From Planctomycetota bacterium (lineage in GTDB: Bacteria > Planctomycetota > GCA-002687715 > DRQF01), in the NCBI GenBank assembly GCA_027001995.1, contig JALTLO010000023.1:1-18903 (forward strand): a DNA stretch of 18,903 nt, written 5' to 3'. Every line of letters begins with the position of its first letter. The first letter of the stretch is position 1. Shown in pieces: positions 15,958-18,903 of this stretch. The notes below the pieces were generated by a model. The model saw nothing but the letters and a program-made list of their open reading frames with translations, was not told the origin of the DNA and did no database searches. The position numbers were made by a program, and so were the translations under genes.

Positions 15958-17961
15958 CTACTTCCAAGGTCCCTCTTGGGTGACATTGACAAAGCGTTTG
16001 CCATCAAGCCTGTAGAGACCTAACCAACCGCCACACCAAATACGACCCTTCTTGTCTTGGTAGATGCATTGAATAGCTTCGCTAGCCAAACCATCCTTCC
16101 GACCATAATTCTTGAAAATATGGCCATCATAGCGATAGACCCCATAACCTTCGACGGGGAACCAAATATTGCCGGAGCTGTCTTTGAATAGGCTCCACAC
16201 CTCGCTGCCTTTGACGCCATCCTTCTCAGTGAAATGAGTGAAGGTCTTGCCATCCCAACGGCAAACGCCCTTAAAGTGGGTGGCGAACCAAAATTCGCCC
16301 TTCCTTCCTTCCACCATGCAATTAACCGAGTTGTCACACAGTCCGTCTTTCTCCGAGAGATTGACGAGGGTCTTCCCGTCGTAAATGTAAGCGCCACCGT
16401 CGGTGCCGAGCCACATGCGGCCTTGGCTATCTTCCATGACAAAATGGACTGCTCTGGGGCCGGTCATACCGCGGCGAGGATCTGGGATAGCCTCAGGGAT
16501 CGCAAATTCGATAAAGGACTCGCCATCAAACAAGCTCATGCCCTGCAGAGTGCCAATCCAAATGGTGCCATTGCGGTCGATCGCCAAGCTCCAAATATCG
16601 CTGCTGACGAGACCATCCTTCTCGGTGTAGTGCTTGATCGACTTCCCATCGTACTTGCTCAGCCCCGTAGAGGTCCCAATCCAAAGGGATCCATTTTTGT
16701 CCTCAACAATTCCTCTGACTGCAACGCCACCGGCCACGTCATTCAAGGCCATGTGGTCGAGAGATTTTCCATTGAAACGAATGACACCGTCACCATTGGT
16801 CCCGAACCAGAAGTTACCACTCTTGTCTTGGAACACGCGACGGATGAATTCACTTAGCTGCACACCCATGCTGAACGAAAAATCGACCGGATTGGCCTTA
16901 TTGCCCGATTCCATTTTTTCATCCAGCTTAAGTTTGAGACCTATGAGGTGGTCGAGCCGGGCTTTGCCGTGAGCCTTTGCGGCTGGACGGGCTTCTTCAA
17001 GGGCACGATTCAAAGCGTCTTCGGCGGCCACCAAGACATCCGGTTTGACACCGACTCCTTCCCAATTGGTTCCGGTCACGGGATTGATGGCTCGGCCAGT
17101 AGGAACGAACATGCCGAAGCGGCCAACGATATTCATGTATCGACCGGGATTAGCGCCACCACGAGTGGTCTCGCCGATAATCGTGGCGCGCTTCCGGGTT
17201 TGAAGGTTGTAAGCAAACTCTTCCGCTGCCGAGAAAGTCATATCACTGGTCAAGACATAGACAGGAACATCCGGCATGAAGTCGCCTGGCACACCATCCA
17301 AGGTCCAGAACTCTTGGGTGCGGTTGCCTTCGCGAAAATAGAGACTATTCAAGTGAGTCGGTTTGTCGAAGAGATAGCTCGAAACGAACTGAACCATGCC
17401 CGGGCTGCCGCCGCCATTGTTGCGCATGTCGAAAATCAAGGCGTCACAGTTGGCGACCAAAGCCATAGCTGCAACGGCAGTCTTTTGTCCCAAGTCGGGC
17501 GAAGAGAAAAAACGTAGGTCAAGGTAACCGACGTTGCCATCAAGACGCTCTACACGTTCGAAACCATAGTTTGATCTACGCTGGTCATCCTGTTGGCGTA
17601 GTTGGGCAATCTCAGGGTCCTTGGGTTTTGACCCCCTAAGCGAAGGAGTCTGAAAGTGGACGACCATATGCTTGTCCTTGCTTATGGCTTGCAAGGCTTT
17701 GGTGAGTGAATCGGCAAATGCCTTCTGGTCGGTCTGTCCGTCAAAGGCCCCATCTGCGAGTTGTGCTCTCAGCTGAGAGCTGCATTCATCCGCCACATCT
17801 GCGAACACATAGTTCAACTTCAACAAGGTAGCGATGCGATTGACCACATCTGATCTTGCCTCTGCGTTCAGGGGTTTCGTTTGCGCCATTGAGAACGACG
17901 ACAGCACAAACAAGAAAGCACCAAGAAACCGCGAAACAAGAAATGTACGTGGACTCTTCAT
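15958..17961 (-). CDS. Secreted S41-family (IRBP-like) peptidase fused to a C-terminal two-component-regulator-type beta-propeller
   Basis: Signal peptide, then NYVF, DKHM, GNVGYLDL, IFDMRNNGGG, TFSAAEEFAY (catalytic Ser), IIGETTRGGANP and NWEGVGVKPD. Seven D/E-xxG-x-x-W blades follow (FQDKSGNFWFGT ... YQDKKGRIWCGG). GGAG RBS-like sequence lies upstream. Confidence 0.9.
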   Translation of the reverse strand: MKSPRTFLVSRFLGAFLFVLSSFSMAQTKPLNAEARSDVVNRIATLLKLNYVFADVADECSSQLRAQLADGAFDGQTDQKAFADSLTKALQAISKDKHMVVHFQTPSLRGSKPKDPEIAQLRQQDDQRRSNYGFERVERLDGNVGYLDLRFFSSPDLGQKTAVAAMALVANCDALIFDMRNNGGGSPGMVQFVSSYLFDKPTHLNSLYFREGNRTQEFWTLDGVPGDFMPDVPVYVLTSDMTFSAAEEFAYNLQTRKRATIIGETTRGGANPGRYMNIVGRFGMFVPTGRAINPVTGTNWEGVGVKPDVLVAAEDALNRALEEARPAAKAHGKARLDHLIGLKLKLDEKMESGNKANPVDFSFSMGVQLSEFIRRVFQDKSGNFWFGTNGDGVIRFNGKSLDHMALNDVAGGVAVRGIVEDKNGSLWIGTSTGLSKYDGKSIKHYTEKDGLVSSDIWSLAIDRNGTIWIGTLQGMSLFDGESFIEFAIPEAIPDPRRGMTGPRAVHFVMEDSQGRMWLGTDGGAYIYDGKTLVNLSEKDGLCDNSVNCMVEGRKGEFWFATHFKGVCRWDGKTFTHFTEKDGVKGSEVWSLFKDSSGNIWFPVEGYGVYRYDGHIFKNYGRKDGLASEAIQCIYQDKKGRIWCGGWLGLYRLDGKRFVNVTQEGPWK

Positions 17962-18182
17962 GCAGATCTCCTGAATAATTGCGGTTGCTCCTCGTCAAGG
18001 CTTTTGTGGTCTTGTTGAATCTAAATCGTCACCAAAGAAATTGTTTTCCGAGTTTTCTTCAGATCGAAACCGGGACGCCATGATGACCGGCAGCAAGATC
18101 TCACGAGATCGTCTCGCTATAAGTCCATGTAGAGCTCGGTCTACACAGGCCCCAATCGTCAGAATCCCAAATCGCCGCCTGC

Positions 18183-18290
18183 GTTCTCGAAGAGAACTTT
18201 GAAATGAGAAACGAGGCGAAGTCTGTGATTTTCGAGTTCATTGCATGCTTTTACAATTGTCAAAGAATTCACTCGAGCCTGGGATACAAA
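18183..18290 (+). mobile_element. IS3-family transposase (OrfB) C-terminal remnant
   Basis: Translates to VLEENFEMRNEAKSVIFEFIACFYNCQRIHSSLGYK, matching the IS3 tail consensus R.EA...IFEYIE.FYN..R.HSSLGY. No DDE core is present. Confidence 0.78.
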
Positions 18291-18500
18291 AAAAACGTCA
18301 ACTCAATTCCAAGAGCAAGCGAAATAGAAGTGATGGACAAACAAACCCAAAATTCGCGTCATGGGGCCCGCCTTCGGCGGAAGAGCCTGAACCCAGGAAG
18401 GAACTCTGCTCCGCTCTGTTCCATCCTGGGGCCCCTCGTCCTTTTGGATCATGAAGCAAGCACATGCAATTCACTATATACAAGACTATAGTTGATGTTG

Positions 18501-18525
18501 GTGTCCACCAACTCGGGGCAAGACA
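18501..18525 (+). mobile_element. Probable IS3-family right terminal inverted repeat
   Basis: GTGTCCACCAACTCGGGGCAAGACA. Its reverse complement TGTCTTGCCCCGAGTTGGTGGACAC resembles IS3-type ends (TG...GTGGACAC), and it lies downstream of the OrfB remnant in the expected orientation. Confidence 0.55.
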
Positions 18526-18537
18526 AGGGCAAGATTA

Positions 18538-18903
18538 GTGAGCAAAACAAACAAACTGAAACCCGTGGGGTCGTCCTGTCGGCGAAGAATCATCACCTGG
18601 TGCCGCAGACTTCTCTTTGTTGGCGTGCTGCTGTTCGCTTGCAATCTTGTTGTTCGAGGGTTTTATCAGCGATCTAACGAGGAGGCGGTTCGTGAGTTCT
18701 ATGCCGCCGTTGGTGCGACTTCGCAGTCAAACCTTGTCGGCACCGACCGAACCAACGAACTATCCGAAAACGGCTGGCACTTGTTCCTGGCCAGTTTGGG
18801 CTGCCTTTCAACTTCGACTCGGGAACTTGTAGCGAATGTCAGCTTGAGCGATGACGTGACGGAAATGCCATCCCTAAGCAGCGCCACCGAAGCCGAGCTA
18901 GAC
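18538..18903 (+). CDS. 3'-truncated hypothetical membrane-anchored protein, missing from the ORF track
   Basis: GTG at 18538 opens a frame with no stop before the window end: MSKTNKLKPVGSSCRRRIITWCRRLLFVGVLLFACNLVVRGFYQRSNEEAVREFYAAVGATSQSNLVGTDRTNELSENGWHLFLASLG... It has a basic N-terminus then a TM helix. Synonymous differences from the 14586 copy support this frame. Confidence 0.65.
   Translation, partial: MSKTNKLKPVGSSCRRRIITWCRRLLFVGVLLFACNLVVRGFYQRSNEEAVREFYAAVGATSQSNLVGTDRTNELSENGWHLFLASLGCLSTSTRELVANVSLSDDVTEMPSLSSATEAELD
18604..18723 (+). repeat. Copy 2 of the 120-bp diverged direct repeat
   Basis: About 86% identical to 14586-14705 by manual alignment. Confidence 0.85.

Noticed and set aside
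15773..15967. 64-aa minus-strand ORF overlapping the end of the S41 fusion gene
   Set aside because: It has no recognisable motif or RBS and is probably spurious.
16234..17517. Long antisense ORFs (207 aa and 189 aa) and similar shadow ORFs elsewhere in the track
   Set aside because: They lie opposite well-supported genes and show no motifs, as is typical of antisense open frames.
18098..18145. Two short palindromes (GATCTC-AC-GAGATC and TGTAGA-N6-TCTACA) upstream of the S41 gene
   Set aside because: The arms are only 6 bp, which is expected by chance in a window of this size.
1..18903. tRNA, rRNA, CRISPR array, integrase or phage genes
   Set aside because: None were recognisable by eye. 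A covariance-model search would be needed to exclude small RNAs.

Overview
About 19 kb of bacterial DNA with moderate GC. It is most likely from an uncultured Planctomycetota-like organism, inferred from the FG-GAP, beta-helix and carboxypeptidase-regulatory-like surface proteins; no marker gene is present. The left two-thirds carries mostly intact genes: a 5'-truncated beta-helix surface protein, an inositol monophosphatase family enzyme, a conserved secreted hypothetical protein, an aldo/keto reductase, a 7-bladed FG-GAP protein, a small membrane protein, a DCC thiol-disulfide oxidoreductase, an Xre/RES toxin-antitoxin pair, an alginate-export-type outer-membrane barrel and a carboxypeptidase-regulatory-like protein. 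The right third looks like an accessory, decaying region. It holds an NPPF-type SAM methyltransferase plus PhyH-family Fe/2OG dioxygenase pair, several pseudogene fragments, an S41 peptidase fused to a 7-blade sensor-type propeller, an IS3-family remnant, and an unlisted ORF that runs off the right edge and has a degraded 120-bp paralogous copy about 4 kb upstream. The best leads are a C-terminal domain apparently shared by two unrelated secreted proteins, the methyltransferase-dioxygenase module, and the S41-propeller fusion. All family calls come from motif recognition by eye, not database searches.
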